Positions 36,141-46,171 of a stretch of DNA of 55,394 bases are shown one piece after another. Below the pieces are notes generated by a model. The model was not told the DNA's origin. It did not search any database and saw only the letters and a list, made by a program, of their open reading frames with translations. Position 1 is the stretch's first letter. Each line of letters begins with the position of its first letter. The translations under genes and the position numbers were made by a program. Source of the stretch: Burkholderiales bacterium (lineage in GTDB: Bacteria > Pseudomonadota > Gammaproteobacteria > Burkholderiales > SG8-39); the NCBI GenBank assembly GCA_035280025.1, contig DATEGT010000255.1, positions 1 to 55,394 of the forward strand, written 5' to 3'.

Positions 36141-36710
36141 ATGAGTTTTCTAGGACTTCCGCGCGTTTTCGGCCCCGGCCAGGTCAGGGAGCGTCCCGCC
36201 CAGCAACCCAAATGCATCTGGCTCACCGGTCTCCCCGGCGCCGGAAAGACGACGCTGGCCAGCGCCCTCGAGCAGCGCCTCCGCGAGCAGGGTCGCCGGC
36301 CCTGCGTGCTCGACGGCGACAACCTGCGGCTGGGCCTGTGCCGCGACCTGGGATTTTCCGAGGCGGACCGGATCGAGAACATTCGCCGCGTCGCCGAGGT
36401 CGCCAAGCTGATGGTCGACGCCGGCCTGAGCGTCATGGTCGCCCTGGTGTCGCCATTCCGCGCGCAACGGGAGATGGCGAGAGGGCTTTTCTCTGACGGA
36501 GAGTTCGTCGAGGTCTTCGTCGACACCCCGCTCCAGATCTGCGAGCGCCGCGACCCGAAAGGCATGTACGCCAGGGCTCGCAGGGGGGAGCTCAAGGACT
36601 TCACCGGGGTCGACGGCCGCTACGATCCCCCGGGACATCCCGAGGTGCGCGTGGACACCAGCGTGCTGTCGGTGGAGGAAAGCGTGGCCCGGATTCTTCG
36701 CTGCCTCTAG
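36141..36710 (+). CDS. cysC: adenylyl-sulfate (APS) kinase
   Basis: P-loop LTGLPGAGKTTLA, LDGDNLRLGLCRDLGFSEADRIENIRR, SPFRAQREMAR and DPKGMYARARRGELKDFTGVD. 189 aa. Confidence 0.9.
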   Translation: MSFLGLPRVFGPGQVRERPAQQPKCIWLTGLPGAGKTTLASALEQRLREQGRRPCVLDGDNLRLGLCRDLGFSEADRIENIRRVAEVAKLMVDAGLSVMVALVSPFRAQREMARGLFSDGEFVEVFVDTPLQICERRDPKGMYARARRGELKDFTGVDGRYDPPGHPEVRVDTSVLSVEESVARILRCL

Positions 36711-36738
36711 CCGGGCGAGCGGATGCGTTCGATGGGGC

Positions 36739-36933
36739 CTATTCGGTTTCCTCCATCCAGGCCATCTGGATCGCCTCGAGAATCTTCTCTCCGCAGCGCT
36801 CGGGGGCGTCGTCGAAGCCGTCCAGCTCCTGGACCCACTTGAACAGGTCGGTGAACCGCACGTAGCGCGGATCCACGTCGGCGTGCTTCTCGGAAAGGGC
36901 GACGGCGATGTCCAGGGTATCGGTCCACTTCAT
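36739..36933 (-). CDS. iscX: Fe-S assembly protein IscX
   Basis: 64 aa, MKWTDTLDIAVALSEKHADVDPRYVRFTDLFKWV.... Start at ATG 36931-36933 overlaps the fdx stop by 4 nt. Confidence 0.85.
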   Translation of the reverse strand: MKWTDTLDIAVALSEKHADVDPRYVRFTDLFKWVQELDGFDDAPERCGEKILEAIQMAWMEETE

Positions 36934-37271
36934 TTCCCGGCCTCCTTGACCATGTTGATCGTGTACTTGGGGATCTCGATCGTGAGGCCCTCCTGCTTGA
37001 CGATCGCCTGGCAGGACAGGCGCGAATTGGCCTCCAGCCCCCAAGCCTTGTCGAGCATGTCGTCCTCGTCCTCTTCGGAAGGATCGAGGGTGTCGAAACC
37101 TTCGCGCACCACCACGTGGCAGGTGGTACAGGCGCAGGATTTCTCGCAGGCGTGCTCGATCTCGATCCCGTTCGCGAGCAGGTTGTCGCATATCGACACC
37201 CCGGTCTTCGCGTCGATGACCGCGCCCTCGGGGCAGAGCTCCGCGTGAGGCAAGACGACGATCTGCGGCAT
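36930..37271 (-). CDS. fdx: ISC-system [2Fe-2S] ferredoxin
   Basis: MPQIVVLPH...CEKSCACTTCHV...SRLSCQ (four-Cys ligand pattern). 113 aa. Confidence 0.9.
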   Translation of the reverse strand: MPQIVVLPHAELCPEGAVIDAKTGVSICDNLLANGIEIEHACEKSCACTTCHVVVREGFDTLDPSEEDEDDMLDKAWGLEANSRLSCQAIVKQEGLTIEIPKYTINMVKEAGK

Positions 37272-37276
37272 GGAAG

Positions 37277-39139
37277 CTACAGGCTCTCGACTTTCCTGCC
37301 CGCCAGGGCGCGCTTCACCGCCCGGTCCATGCGGCGCCCGGCGAAGGACTCGGTGGCGCGGTTAACGCGCTCGATCGCCGAGCGTATGGTTCGGTGGTCG
37401 GTGCACGACAGCGTCTTTTTCAGCGCTTCGAGCTCCGCGCGCACCGCGCCCTGCTCCTCCGCCGACACGAGATCGGCGTCCTCGCGAAGCGCGCTTTCGA
37501 CCGCCTCCAGCATGCGTTCGCCCTCGACCTGCTGCTCCTTCAGCAGGCGCAGCTGCACATCGTCGCGGGCGTGGTCGAGCGAGTCCCTCAGCATCTGCGT
37601 GATCTGCGCGTCGGAGAGGCCGTAGGAGGGCTTCACCGCAATCGCCGCCTGCACGCCGGTGGTCGCTTCGCGCGCCGAAACCGCGAGCAGGCCGTCCGCG
37701 TCCACCTGGAAGGTCACGCGGATGCGCGCGGCGCCGGCCGCCATCGGCGGGATGCCGTGCAGCTCGAATCTCGCCAGCGAGCGACAATCGGAGACCAGCT
37801 CGCGCTCGCCCTGAACCACGTGGATGCTCATCGCGGTCTGGCCGTCGCGGAAAGTCGTGAACTCCTGCGCGCGCGCGACGGGAAGCGTCGAATTGCGCGG
37901 GATCACCTTCTCGGCCAGGCCGCCCATCGTCTCGACCCCCAGCGACAGGGGAATGACGTCGAGCAGCAGCCAGTCCTCGCCTGCGTCCCGGTTGCCCGCG
38001 AGCACGTTCGCCTGTATCGCGGCGCCGAGCGCGACCACCTTGTCCGGGTCGAGGTTGGTGAGCGGCGTCTGGCGGAAGAGCCCGCCCACCGCCCGCTGGA
38101 CGTGAGGCATGCGCGTCGCGCCCCCGACCATCACCACGCCTTTCACTTCACCGACCTCCAGCCCCGCGTCGCGAAGGGCCTTGCGCGCCGGCGCCAGGGT
38201 CTTCGCGACCAGCGGCTGGGTCATCTCCTGGAAATCCCTCTGCGCGACCGTCACGTCGACCGCCTCGCCGCTCGAGAGCGTCGCCGAAATCCGCGCTTCA
38301 GCGTGGAGGGTGAGAAATTCCTTCGCTGCGCGCGACTTCACGAGCAGCAGCCGCGTGTCCTGGGCCGAAAGCGGCGCGAGCTTGGCGTGCTCGACCACCC
38401 AGCAGAAGAGACGCTGGTCGAAGTCGTCGCCCCCGAGCGCGGCGTCGCCGTTGGTCGCCATCACCTCGAACACGCCCTTCGAGAGCCTGAGAATCGAGAT
38501 GTCGAAAGTCCCTCCGCCCAGGTCGTAGACCGCGTAGACGCCCTCGGCGGCGTTGTCCAGGCCGTAGGCGATCGCCGCTGCGGTCGGCTCGTTGAGGAGG
38601 CGCAGCACATTGAGCCCGGCGAGCTGGCCAGCGTCCTTGGTCGCTTGCCGCTGCGCGTCGTCGAAATACGCGGGCACGGTGATCACGGCACCGGACAGCT
38701 CTCCGCCGAGCGATTCCTCCGCGCGCGCGCGCAGCGTCTTGAGGATCTCGGCCGAGACCTCGACCGGGCTCTTCACGCCCGCGGCGGTTTTCAGCTGGAC
38801 CATCCCGGGCGAGTCGACGAAATCGTAGGGGCTGTTCTCGGCGTGCGCCACGTCTTTCAGGCCCCGGCCCATGAAGCGCTTCACCGAGACGATGACGTTC
38901 TTGGGATCGCGCGCCTGTTCGCGCTCGGCCTCGCGGCCTACTACCGCGCCTCCTCCGCGGAAGTAGCGCACGATCGACGGCAGCAGGCCCCGGCCTTCGT
39001 GATCATCGAGGACGACCGCGATGCCGTTGCGCACGGTCGCTACCAGCGAATTGGTCGTTCCCAGGTCGATGCCCACGGCGAGCCGGCGCTGGTGGGGCTC
39101 GGGCGATTCGCCGGGTTCCGAGATTTGCAGCAGAGCCAT
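37277..39139 (-). CDS. hscA: Fe-S cluster assembly chaperone HscA (Hsp70 family)
   Basis: ATG 39137-39139 gives [10 protein letters not shown]...[14 protein letters not shown]. Also [10 protein letters not shown] and the substrate-binding domain. The track start at 39232 is over-extended. Confidence 0.95.
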   Translation of the reverse strand: MALLQISEPGESPEPHQRRLAVGIDLGTTNSLVATVRNGIAVVLDDHEGRGLLPSIVRYFRGGGAVVGREAEREQARDPKNVIVSVKRFMGRGLKDVAHAENSPYDFVDSPGMVQLKTAAGVKSPVEVSAEILKTLRARAEESLGGELSGAVITVPAYFDDAQRQATKDAGQLAGLNVLRLLNEPTAAAIAYGLDNAAEGVYAVYDLGGGTFDISILRLSKGVFEVMATNGDAALGGDDFDQRLFCWVVEHAKLAPLSAQDTRLLLVKSRAAKEFLTLHAEARISATLSSGEAVDVTVAQRDFQEMTQPLVAKTLAPARKALRDAGLEVGEVKGVVMVGGATRMPHVQRAVGGLFRQTPLTNLDPDKVVALGAAIQANVLAGNRDAGEDWLLLDVIPLSLGVETMGGLAEKVIPRNSTLPVARAQEFTTFRDGQTAMSIHVVQGERELVSDCRSLARFELHGIPPMAAGAARIRVTFQVDADGLLAVSAREATTGVQAAIAVKPSYGLSDAQITQMLRDSLDHARDDVQLRLLKEQQVEGERMLEAVESALREDADLVSAEEQGAVRAELEALKKTLSCTDHRTIRSAIERVNRATESFAGRRMDRAVKRALAGRKVESL

Positions 39140-39663
39140 CAGGATTCCATCTTCTCCTCGGCCGCGCCGATCTCCTCGCCGAACTTCTCGAGGAACTTGA
39201 GCTGCCGCAGGGTCGTCGCGGCCTCGCCCCATTCCTGCGCCTGGATCTGCCTCTCGATCGTCCCGAGCAGCGCGTCCTGCTCGGTGCGGAGGCCGGCCGA
39301 GAGCGAGATCAGCCGCTGCCAGTCGCCCGCCGCGGCGGCGGCTTCGAGCTCTTCGCGCTTTTCCATCTGACCTGCGAGGAATTCCGGGGCCATCGCCGTG
39401 TTGGTCTCGAACTCCGGGTCGATGCCGTTGAGCTGCAGGAGGTACCCGGCACGCCTCAGCGGGGACTTGAGCGTCTGATAGGCTTCGTTGACTCGCGTCG
39501 CGAGCTGCATCGAGACGCGCTGCTCGGCCTGCGAGGCCGCCGCGAATCGGTCGGGGTGCACTTCGCGCTGCAATTCGCGGTAGCGCGCATCCAGCGCCGG
39601 CAAGTCCACCTCGAACTGCTCGGGCATGCCGAAGATCTGGAAGTGATTTTCGTTGAGGTTCAT
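39139..39663 (-). CDS. hscB: Fe-S cluster co-chaperone HscB (J-domain)
   Basis: [35 protein letters not shown] contains the HPD motif. 174 aa. The stop overlaps the hscA start by 1 nt (TGATG). Confidence 0.9.
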   Translation of the reverse strand: MNLNENHFQIFGMPEQFEVDLPALDARYRELQREVHPDRFAAASQAEQRVSMQLATRVNEAYQTLKSPLRRAGYLLQLNGIDPEFETNTAMAPEFLAGQMEKREELEAAAAAGDWQRLISLSAGLRTEQDALLGTIERQIQAQEWGEAATTLRQLKFLEKFGEEIGAAEEKMES

Positions 39664-39677
39664 TCCGCCGGAGATAC

Positions 39678-39706
39678 GAAAAAAGGGGCTCGAGGCCCCT
39701 TCTTTC
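39678..39706 (-). terminator. intrinsic terminator-like hairpin between iscA and hscB
   Basis: The minus strand reads GAAAGAAGGGGC-CTCGA-GCCCCTTTTTTC. That is a stem of about 12 bp with one mismatch, running into a T6 tract. It lies 21 nt after the iscA stop and 15 nt before the hscB start. Confidence 0.6.
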
Positions 39707-39726
39707 TCGCCGTCAGAGCGCGGGCG

Positions 39727-40047
39727 TCAGACGTTGAAGCTCTCGCCGCAGCCGCACTGATCCTTGACGTTGGGATTGTTGAACTTGAATCCTTCGTTGA
39801 GGCCTTCCTTGGCGAAGTCGAGCTCGGTCCCGTCCAGGTAGGCCAGGCTCTTGGGGTCGACGACCACCTTCACGCCGTGGCTCTCGAAGGTGTGGTCCTC
39901 GGGATTGACCGCGTCCGCGTACTCGAGCTTGTAGGCCATCCCGGAGCAGCCCGAAGTGCGCACGCCCAGGCGCAAACCCACCCCCTTGCCGCGCTTGGCG
40001 ATGAATGTGGAGACGTGGGCCGCCGCCCGCTCGGTCAGCGTGATCAT
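39727..40047 (-). CDS. iscA: iron-sulfur cluster assembly protein IscA
   Basis: 106 aa, [12 protein letters not shown]...[12 protein letters not shown]...[12 protein letters not shown] 40045-40047 overlaps the iscU stop by 1 nt. Confidence 0.9.
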   Translation of the reverse strand: MITLTERAAAHVSTFIAKRGKGVGLRLGVRTSGCSGMAYKLEYADAVNPEDHTFESHGVKVVVDPKSLAYLDGTELDFAKEGLNEGFKFNNPNVKDQCGCGESFNV

Positions 40048-40457
40048 CAGGCTGCCTTGGCCGCCGGAGCATTCCCGGTGCCGTGCTTCTTCCGGTAGTC
40101 CTCGATGGCCGCCTTGATCGCGTCCTCTGCGAGGATCGAGCAGTGGATCTTCACCGGCGGCAGCGCCAGCTCCTCTGCGATCTGAGTGTTCTTGATCGTG
40201 CCGGCCTCGTCGAGCGTCTTGCCCTTCACCCACTCGGTGACCAGGGACGAGGACGCGATCGCCGAGCCGCAACCGTAGGTCTTGAAGCGCGCGTCTTCGA
40301 TGACGCCGGCCTCGTTCACCTTGATCTGCAGCTTCATGACGTCGCCGCACGCGGGCGCGCCGACCATGCCGGTGCCGATCTGCTCGTCCGCCTTGTCGAA
40401 GGACCCGACGTTACGCGGGTTCTCGTAATGATCGATGACTTTGTCGCTGTATGCCAT
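40047..40457 (-). CDS. iscU: Fe-S cluster scaffold IscU
   Basis: [18 protein letters not shown]...[13 protein letters not shown]...[11 protein letters not shown]...[12 protein letters not shown]. 136 aa. Confidence 0.95.
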   Translation of the reverse strand: MAYSDKVIDHYENPRNVGSFDKADEQIGTGMVGAPACGDVMKLQIKVNEAGVIEDARFKTYGCGSAIASSSLVTEWVKGKTLDEAGTIKNTQIAEELALPPVKIHCSILAEDAIKAAIEDYRKKHGTGNAPAAKAA

Positions 40458-40467
40458 GTCCGACTCC

Positions 40468-41676
40468 TCAATGTGCAGCCCACTGCACCGTGTTCAGGTC
40501 CACGCCGTCCTTGTACATCTCCCACAATGGCGAAAGGTCGCGCAGCTTGCCGATCTTGGCGCGCAGGAGCTTGACCGCGTAGTCGATCTCCTCCTCGGTC
40601 GTGAAGCGGCCGATCGTAAAGCGGATCGAGCTGTGCGCGAGCTCGTCCGAGCGCCCGAGGGCCCGCAGCACGTAGGAAGGCTCGAGGCTCGCCGAGGTGC
40701 ACGCCGAGCCCGAGGACACCGCGATGTCCTTGATCGCCATGATCAGCGATTCGCCCTCGACGAAGTTGAAGCTGATGTTGAGATTTCCCGGGATTCGCCG
40801 CTGCATGTCTCCGTTGACATACACCTCTTCCATGTCCTTGAAGCCGTTCAGCAGCCTGTCGCGCAGGGAGCGGATGCGCTCGCCCTCGGCGGCCATCTCG
40901 AGCTTCGCCAGGCGGAAGGCCTCGCCCATGCCGACGATCTGATGCGTTGCGAGCGTTCCCGAGCGGAACCCGCGCTCGTGGCCGCCGCCATGGATCTGCG
41001 GCTCGATGCGCACCCGCGGCTTCCTGCGAACGTACTGCGCGCCGATGCCCTTCGGCCCGTACACCTTGTGCGCGGTCACGGTCAAGAGATCCACTTTCAG
41101 CTTCTGCAGGTCGATCGGGATCTTTCCGGCCGCCTGCACCGCGTCGCAGTGGAAGATGATGCCTTTCGCGCGGCAAATCTCGCCGATCTCGGCTATCGGC
41201 TGGATCACGCCGATCTCGTTGTTCACCATCATCACCGACGCGAGAATCGTGTCGGGACGCAGCGCCGCCTTGAATTTCTCCAGGTCGAGCAGGCCGTTCT
41301 GCTCGGGATCGAGGTAGGTCGCTTCGAATCCCTGGCGCTCGAGCTCGCGCACCGTGTCGAGCACCGCCTTGTGCTCGGTCTTCATCGTGACGATGTGCTT
41401 GCCCTTGCTCTTGTAGAAGTTGGCGGCGCCCTTGATCGCGAGGTTGTCGCCCTCGGTCGCGCCCGAGGTCCAGATGATCTCTTTCGGGTCGGCGTTCAGG
41501 AGCGCCGCCACGTGCTCGCGGGCCTCCTCGACGGCCTTCTCCGCCTCCCAGCCGAAAGCGTGCGAGCGGCTCGCGGGATTGCCGAACTGCTCGGTGAGGT
41601 AGGGGATCATCTTCTGCGCGACGCGCGGGTCGACCGGCGTCGTCGCCGAGTAATCGAGGTAAATCGGGAATTTCAT
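40468..41676 (-). CDS. iscS: cysteine desulfurase IscS
   Basis: [19 protein letters not shown]..., PLP-lysine context [12 protein letters not shown], active-site loop SSGSACTS. 402 aa. Confidence 0.95.
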   Translation of the reverse strand: MKFPIYLDYSATTPVDPRVAQKMIPYLTEQFGNPASRSHAFGWEAEKAVEEAREHVAALLNADPKEIIWTSGATEGDNLAIKGAANFYKSKGKHIVTMKTEHKAVLDTVRELERQGFEATYLDPEQNGLLDLEKFKAALRPDTILASVMMVNNEIGVIQPIAEIGEICRAKGIIFHCDAVQAAGKIPIDLQKLKVDLLTVTAHKVYGPKGIGAQYVRRKPRVRIEPQIHGGGHERGFRSGTLATHQIVGMGEAFRLAKLEMAAEGERIRSLRDRLLNGFKDMEEVYVNGDMQRRIPGNLNISFNFVEGESLIMAIKDIAVSSGSACTSASLEPSYVLRALGRSDELAHSSIRFTIGRFTTEEEIDYAVKLLRAKIGKLRDLSPLWEMYKDGVDLNTVQWAAH

Positions 41677-41692
41677 CGCGCTCTCTTCCGCA

Positions 41693-42157
41693 TCACGCTA
41701 CCGCGGCTTCCTTGCCGCGCCGGTCCTGCAGCACCTTCACCGGATCCTTGCTCGCCGCCTGCTGCGCGACGAGGTCGGAGAGCTTCACCGAGTCCAGGTA
41801 CTCGTACATCTTGTCGTTGAGCGTCGCCCACAGCTCGTGCGTCATGCAGCGCCGCTCGTCCTGGCAGTTCTCCTTGCCGCCGCACTGCGTCGCGTCCAGC
41901 GGCTCGTCCACCGCGGTGATGATGTCGGCGACCGAGACCTTCGCGAGGTCGCGCGCGAGCGTGTAGCCGCCCCCGGGTCCGCGCACGCTCTCGACCAATG
42001 TGTGCCGCCGCAGCTTGCCGAACAGCTGCTCCAGATACGAAAGCGAAATGCTCTGACGCTGGCTGATGCCGGCGAGCGTGACCGGCCGCTTGCCGCCGTG
42101 CATGGCGAGGTCCAGCATCGCGGTGACGGCGAACCTTCCTTTGGTGGTCAGTCTCAT
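41693..42157 (-). CDS. iscR: Fe-S cluster assembly transcriptional regulator IscR (Rrf2 family)
   Basis: [18 protein letters not shown]...[13 protein letters not shown], with three clustered Cys ([13 protein letters not shown]) and H in MTHELW. Confidence 0.9.
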   Translation of the reverse strand: MRLTTKGRFAVTAMLDLAMHGGKRPVTLAGISQRQSISLSYLEQLFGKLRRHTLVESVRGPGGGYTLARDLAKVSVADIITAVDEPLDATQCGGKENCQDERRCMTHELWATLNDKMYEYLDSVKLSDLVAQQAASKDPVKVLQDRRGKEAAVA

Positions 42158-42179
42158 GGCGCTGCTCCTTGCGCGTCTA

Positions 42180-42232
42180 ATACCTGAGAAAACCGGTCAA
42201 CTATATAGTTCCCGACAAGATTGGTCAACTAT
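42180..42232 (-). promoter_or_regulatory. iscR promoter with two tandem IscR type-1 boxes
   Basis: The minus strand reads ATAGTTGACCAATCTTGTCGGGAAC (42232-42208), then TAT, then ATAGTTGACCGGTTTTCTCAGGTAT (42204-42180). By my count they match the remembered type-1 consensus ATASYYGACTRWWWYAGTCRRSTAT at 20/25 and 21/25 positions. TTGACC (42228-42223), a 17-nt spacer and TATAGT (42205-42200) form a near-consensus sigma-70 promoter. Confidence 0.6.
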
Positions 42233-42975
42233 TTCCCAGCGATCTTGCGGTCGCCCCAGCGAGTGGCGGAGAGGGCGCTGTCCTGCTCGGCTTTCAGCGA
42301 CTCTATCTCCTTGAGAATCAATTCGATACGTTTGTCCAGGTCGAGGCTGTGATCGAGCAGCCCCTGCACCGCCTTCGCAAACGGATCGTCCTCGGCCTTG
42401 GAAGTGACGGCGTAGGCGGAGAACCCCAGCTTGGCGGCCTTTTCCTCGCGGGTCTTGTCGTGCTCGTCGAGAATGATGCGCGCGGGAATCCCGACGGCGG
42501 TCGCGCCCGGCGGAACATCCTTCACCACCACTGCGTTCGATCCGATTCGTGCGCCGTCGCCCACGGCGATCGGCCCGAGCACCTTCGCGCCGGCACCGAT
42601 CACTACCCCGCGACCCAGCGTCGGATGGCGCTTGCCCTTGTTCCACGTCGTGCCCCCGAGCGTCACCCCGTGATACAGCGTGCAGTCGTCGCCCAGCTCG
42701 GCGGTCTCGCCGATCACCACGCCCATGCCGTGATCGATGAACGCCCGCCGCCCGATCTTCGCGCCCGGGTGGATCTCGATCCCCGTCAGGAAGCGCGAGC
42801 AATGCGAAGTGAAACGCGCCAGCCAGCGCAGCTTCATGCGCCAGAAGGCGTGCGCCATCCGGTGGATCAGCAGAGCGTGGAATCCCGGATAGCAGGTGAT
42901 GACTTCCCAGGTCGAGCGCGCCGCCGGATCGCGGTCGAACACGCAGGCTATGTCTTCGCGGATTCTCGCAAACAT
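42229..42975 (-). CDS. cysE: serine O-acetyltransferase
   Basis: ATG 42973-42975 gives [21 protein letters not shown]. Hexapeptide repeats [44 protein letters not shown]. 248 aa. The 442-aa track ORF is over-extended. Confidence 0.9.
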   Translation of the reverse strand: MFARIREDIACVFDRDPAARSTWEVITCYPGFHALLIHRMAHAFWRMKLRWLARFTSHCSRFLTGIEIHPGAKIGRRAFIDHGMGVVIGETAELGDDCTLYHGVTLGGTTWNKGKRHPTLGRGVVIGAGAKVLGPIAVGDGARIGSNAVVVKDVPPGATAVGIPARIILDEHDKTREEKAAKLGFSAYAVTSKAEDDPFAKAVQGLLDHSLDLDKRIELILKEIESLKAEQDSALSATRWGDRKIAGK

Positions 42976-42999
42976 CGGCTCTTTCTCAAGTGGCCGGCT

Positions 43000-43032
43000 A
43001 TTATCGGAAACCTTACTGTTTTGGTCAACTAT
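43000..43032 (-). promoter_or_regulatory. cysE promoter with an IscR type-1-like box
   Basis: The minus strand reads ATAGTTGACCAAAACAGTAAGGTTT (43032-43008), 22/25 to the remembered consensus. TTGACC (43028-43023), a 17-nt spacer and GATAAT (43005-43000) form the promoter. The architecture is the same as at iscR. Confidence 0.55.
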
Positions 43033-43757
43033 TCCCGGCGCGGGCGATCCCAGGCGGCGAGCATTCCCCGCAGGATGCTGACCTCCGCCTTGTCGAGCCC
43101 CGCCCTCGCGAACAGCCGGCGCAGCCGCTCCATCAGCTTGCGCGGATCGCGCGGGTGCAGAAAGCCGCTCGCCGCGAGGCTGCGCTCCATATGCGCGTAG
43201 AGCCGCTCGAGGTCTTCGTGCGGCGCGGGGTCGGGTGCCTCCTCGGGCACGGCCGGCGCGAGCGCCGCCATGCGGATCTCGTATGCCATGACCTGCACCG
43301 CCTGCGCGAGGTTGAGGGACGCGTAGCCCTCGCTGGCCGGAATGCGCGCGAGGCGGCTGCACGACATCACCTCCTCGTTCGTGAGGCCCACGGTCTCGTT
43401 GCCGAAGACCACCGCGACCTCGCTCCCCCGCGCGGCGCCGACGAGCTCGCGCGCGGCCTCGCGCGCGCCGAGCACCCGGTGCGACAGCTCTCGCGGCCGC
43501 GCGCTCAGCGCCACCGAGAACGCGGTTCCCGCGAGCGCCTCGTCGAGGTCCTCGCACACGCGCGCCGATCCGAGGAGGTCGAGCGCCCCGCTCGCCATGG
43601 CCCGCGCCTCCGGCGCCGGGAAGCGCTTCGGCCGCACGAGCACGAGCTGCGCGATTCCCATGGTCTTCATCGCGCGCGCCGCAGCGCCGATGTTGCCCGG
43701 GTGGGAAGGCCGCGAGAGCACGACGCGGATTCGGTGGAGCGGACCGCTCGCTTTCAT
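43029..43757 (-). CDS. trmJ: tRNA (cytidine/uridine-2'-O)-methyltransferase TrmJ (SPOUT)
   Basis: [25 protein letters not shown]..., [27 protein letters not shown]. 242 aa. Confidence 0.85.
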   Translation of the reverse strand: MKASGPLHRIRVVLSRPSHPGNIGAAARAMKTMGIAQLVLVRPKRFPAPEARAMASGALDLLGSARVCEDLDEALAGTAFSVALSARPRELSHRVLGAREAARELVGAARGSEVAVVFGNETVGLTNEEVMSCSRLARIPASEGYASLNLAQAVQVMAYEIRMAALAPAVPEEAPDPAPHEDLERLYAHMERSLAASGFLHPRDPRKLMERLRRLFARAGLDKAEVSILRGMLAAWDRPRRE

Positions 43758-43809
43758 ACTAGAATCCGGCCCTCAGCGGCAGCGCTCTTTTAGAAATCCC
43801 AGGCGAAAA

Positions 43810-44607
43810 ATGCACCCGATGCTCGGAATCGCGGTCAGGGCCGCGCGGCGCGCCGGCGCGATCATCAACCGCGCCGCCCGCGACGTCGAAACGCTGCCCG
43901 TGACCCGCAAGCGGCACAATGATTTCGTCACCGAGGTGGACAAGGCCGCGGAGGCGGCGATCATCGAGATACTGCACCGCGCCTATCCGGACCACGCGAT
44001 TCTAGCAGAGGAGTCGGGCGCCAGAGCCGGAGCGGCCGGCGAATCCGAGTACACCTGGATCATCGATCCCCTCGACGGCACCACCAATTTCATCCACGGA
44101 TTTCCGCAGTACGCGGTGTCGATCGGCCTGCGGCACAAGGGGGTGCTCCAGCAGGGCGTCGTCTACGATCCGGCCAAGAACGAGCTGTTCACCGCGAGCC
44201 GCGGGCGCGGCGCCTTCCTCAACGAGCGGCGCATCCGCGTCTCCAAGCGCGCCCAGCTCAACGAGGCGCTGATCGGCACGGGCTTCCCCTTCCGCGACCT
44301 CGCCGGCCTCGACGAGTACCTCTCCATGTTCCGCGAGATCACGGCGCGCACCGCGGGCATCCGCCGCGCCGGCGCCGCGGCGCTCGACATCGCCTACGTC
44401 GCCGCCGGGCGCCTCGACGGCTTCTGGGAAATGGGCCTTTCGCCCTGGGACATGGCGGCAGGTGCGCTGCTGGTGCAGGAGGCAGGCGGACTCGTCGGCG
44501 ATTTCCACGGAGACCAGGGCTATCTCGAATCCGGCCGGGTGATATGCGGCAACCCGAAGATCTTCGGCCAGGTCGTCCAGATCGTCGGTCCGCTGGCGTC
44601 GAAGTAG
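43810..44607 (+). CDS. suhB: inositol monophosphatase family protein SuhB
   Basis: ATG 43810 gives [16 protein letters not shown]. Also [22 protein letters not shown] and [15 protein letters not shown]. The track start at 43342 is antisense to trmJ and is rejected. Confidence 0.9.
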   Translation: MHPMLGIAVRAARRAGAIINRAARDVETLPVTRKRHNDFVTEVDKAAEAAIIEILHRAYPDHAILAEESGARAGAAGESEYTWIIDPLDGTTNFIHGFPQYAVSIGLRHKGVLQQGVVYDPAKNELFTASRGRGAFLNERRIRVSKRAQLNEALIGTGFPFRDLAGLDEYLSMFREITARTAGIRRAGAAALDIAYVAAGRLDGFWEMGLSPWDMAAGALLVQEAGGLVGDFHGDQGYLESGRVICGNPKIFGQVVQIVGPLASK

Positions 44608-44620
44608 CGACGGGCGCGCC

Positions 44621-46165
44621 GTGAGCCTGCTTCGCGCCCTGCTCGCCGGAGCCCTGCTGTGGATCCCGTGCGCGCACGCAGCGGAGCTGCGCATCGGCCT
44701 CGCCGCCGACGTGACGTCGATGGATCCGCACTTCCTCAACCTGCAGCCGAACGTCAACATCGGCTGGCACGTGTTCGACGCGCTCACGCACGTCGACGAG
44801 AACGCGCGCCTCATCCCGGGGCTCGCGACCTCGTGGCGCGCGCTCGATCCGACCACCTGGGAGTTCAGGCTGCGCCGCGGCGTCCGCTTCCACGACGGCA
44901 GCGAGCTCACCGCCCAGGACGTGGTGTTCTCGATCGAGCGCACCCAGCGGGTTCCCAACGGGCAGTTCCAGACGTTCACGCGGCGCATCGTCGCCAAGGA
45001 AATTCCCGATCCGCACACGCTCAGGCTCAAGACCGCCGTGCCCTACGCGATGGTCCCCTACGACCTCAATTCGGTGTTCATCGTCTCGCGGAAGGCCGCC
45101 GCGGGGGCGCGCCCGGAGGACTTCGACTCGGGCAAGGCGATGGTCGGCACCGGGCCCTTCCGCTTCCTGCGTTTCGCGCGCGGCGACCGCGTCGAGCTCG
45201 CGCGCAACGACAAGTACTGGGGCGGAGCTCCGGCCTGGGACAAAGTCATCTTCCGCATCGTTCCTACCGACCCGGCGCGGCTCGCGGGGCTGCTCTCCGG
45301 AGACCTCGATCTCATCGAGCAGATTCCAACGGCGGACCTGGAGCGCCTCCGGCGGGACGGGTCGCTCAACACCGCGCAGAAGGTTTCGTGGCGCACGATC
45401 TTTTTCCACCTGGATCAGCGCGAACGCGCGCCCGGAATCGCGGACAAGTCGGGCAGGCCGCTCCCAAGCAATCCCTTTCGCGACCTGCGCGTGCGGCGCG
45501 CCCTCTCGATGGCGATCAACCGCCGGGCGATCGCCGAGCGGCTGATGGACGGGGCCGCGCTGCCGGCCTCCAACCTGGTATCGCCGCCGGTGTTCGGCTA
45601 CGCGACAGACCTGAAGCCGCAAGCCTACGACCCCGAAGGCGCCCGGCGCCTGCTCGCGGAGGCCGGATACCCGGAGGGATTCGCGGTGACGCTGTCGGCA
45701 CCCAACAACCGCTACGTCAACGACGAGCAGATCGCCCAGGCGGTCGCGCAGATGCTCGCGCGCGCCGGCGTCCGCGCGCGCGTCGAGGCGATGCCGATGA
45801 ACGTCTACCTCCCCAAGGGCGCCAAGGGGGAGCTCGCCTTCGCCATGCTCGGCTGGGGATCATTCTCGGGTGATCTCGCGCTCAGGGCGCTCGTGGCCAC
45901 CGCGGATCCGGGGAAGGGTTTCGGCGCATTCAACTGGTCGGGCTACTCGAACCCGAAAGTCGACGCCCTGCTCGAGCGCGGCTTCGCCACCGTCGACGAG
46001 AAAGCGCGCGAGGCCCTGGCGCGCGAGGCGATGCGAACGGCCATGGACGACTGCGCGGTCATCCCGCTCCACCATCAGATGGCGACCTGGGCGATGAAGC
46101 GGACACTGACCTACGCGCCCCGCACCGACGAGTTCACCTTCGCCCACCACGTGCGGGCGAGATAG
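44621..46165 (+). CDS. ABC transporter substrate-binding protein, family 5 (peptide/nickel/opine type)
   Basis: Signal peptide LLRALLAGALLWIPCAHAAE, then the DppA/OppA-like core LIPGLATSWRALDPTTWEFRLRRGVRFHDGSELTAQDVVFS. 514 aa. Confidence 0.85.
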   Translation: MSLLRALLAGALLWIPCAHAAELRIGLAADVTSMDPHFLNLQPNVNIGWHVFDALTHVDENARLIPGLATSWRALDPTTWEFRLRRGVRFHDGSELTAQDVVFSIERTQRVPNGQFQTFTRRIVAKEIPDPHTLRLKTAVPYAMVPYDLNSVFIVSRKAAAGARPEDFDSGKAMVGTGPFRFLRFARGDRVELARNDKYWGGAPAWDKVIFRIVPTDPARLAGLLSGDLDLIEQIPTADLERLRRDGSLNTAQKVSWRTIFFHLDQRERAPGIADKSGRPLPSNPFRDLRVRRALSMAINRRAIAERLMDGAALPASNLVSPPVFGYATDLKPQAYDPEGARRLLAEAGYPEGFAVTLSAPNNRYVNDEQIAQAVAQMLARAGVRARVEAMPMNVYLPKGAKGELAFAMLGWGSFSGDLALRALVATADPGKGFGAFNWSGYSNPKVDALLERGFATVDEKAREALAREAMRTAMDDCAVIPLHHQMATWAMKRTLTYAPRTDEFTFAHHVRAR

Positions 46166-46171
46166 GGGCGC

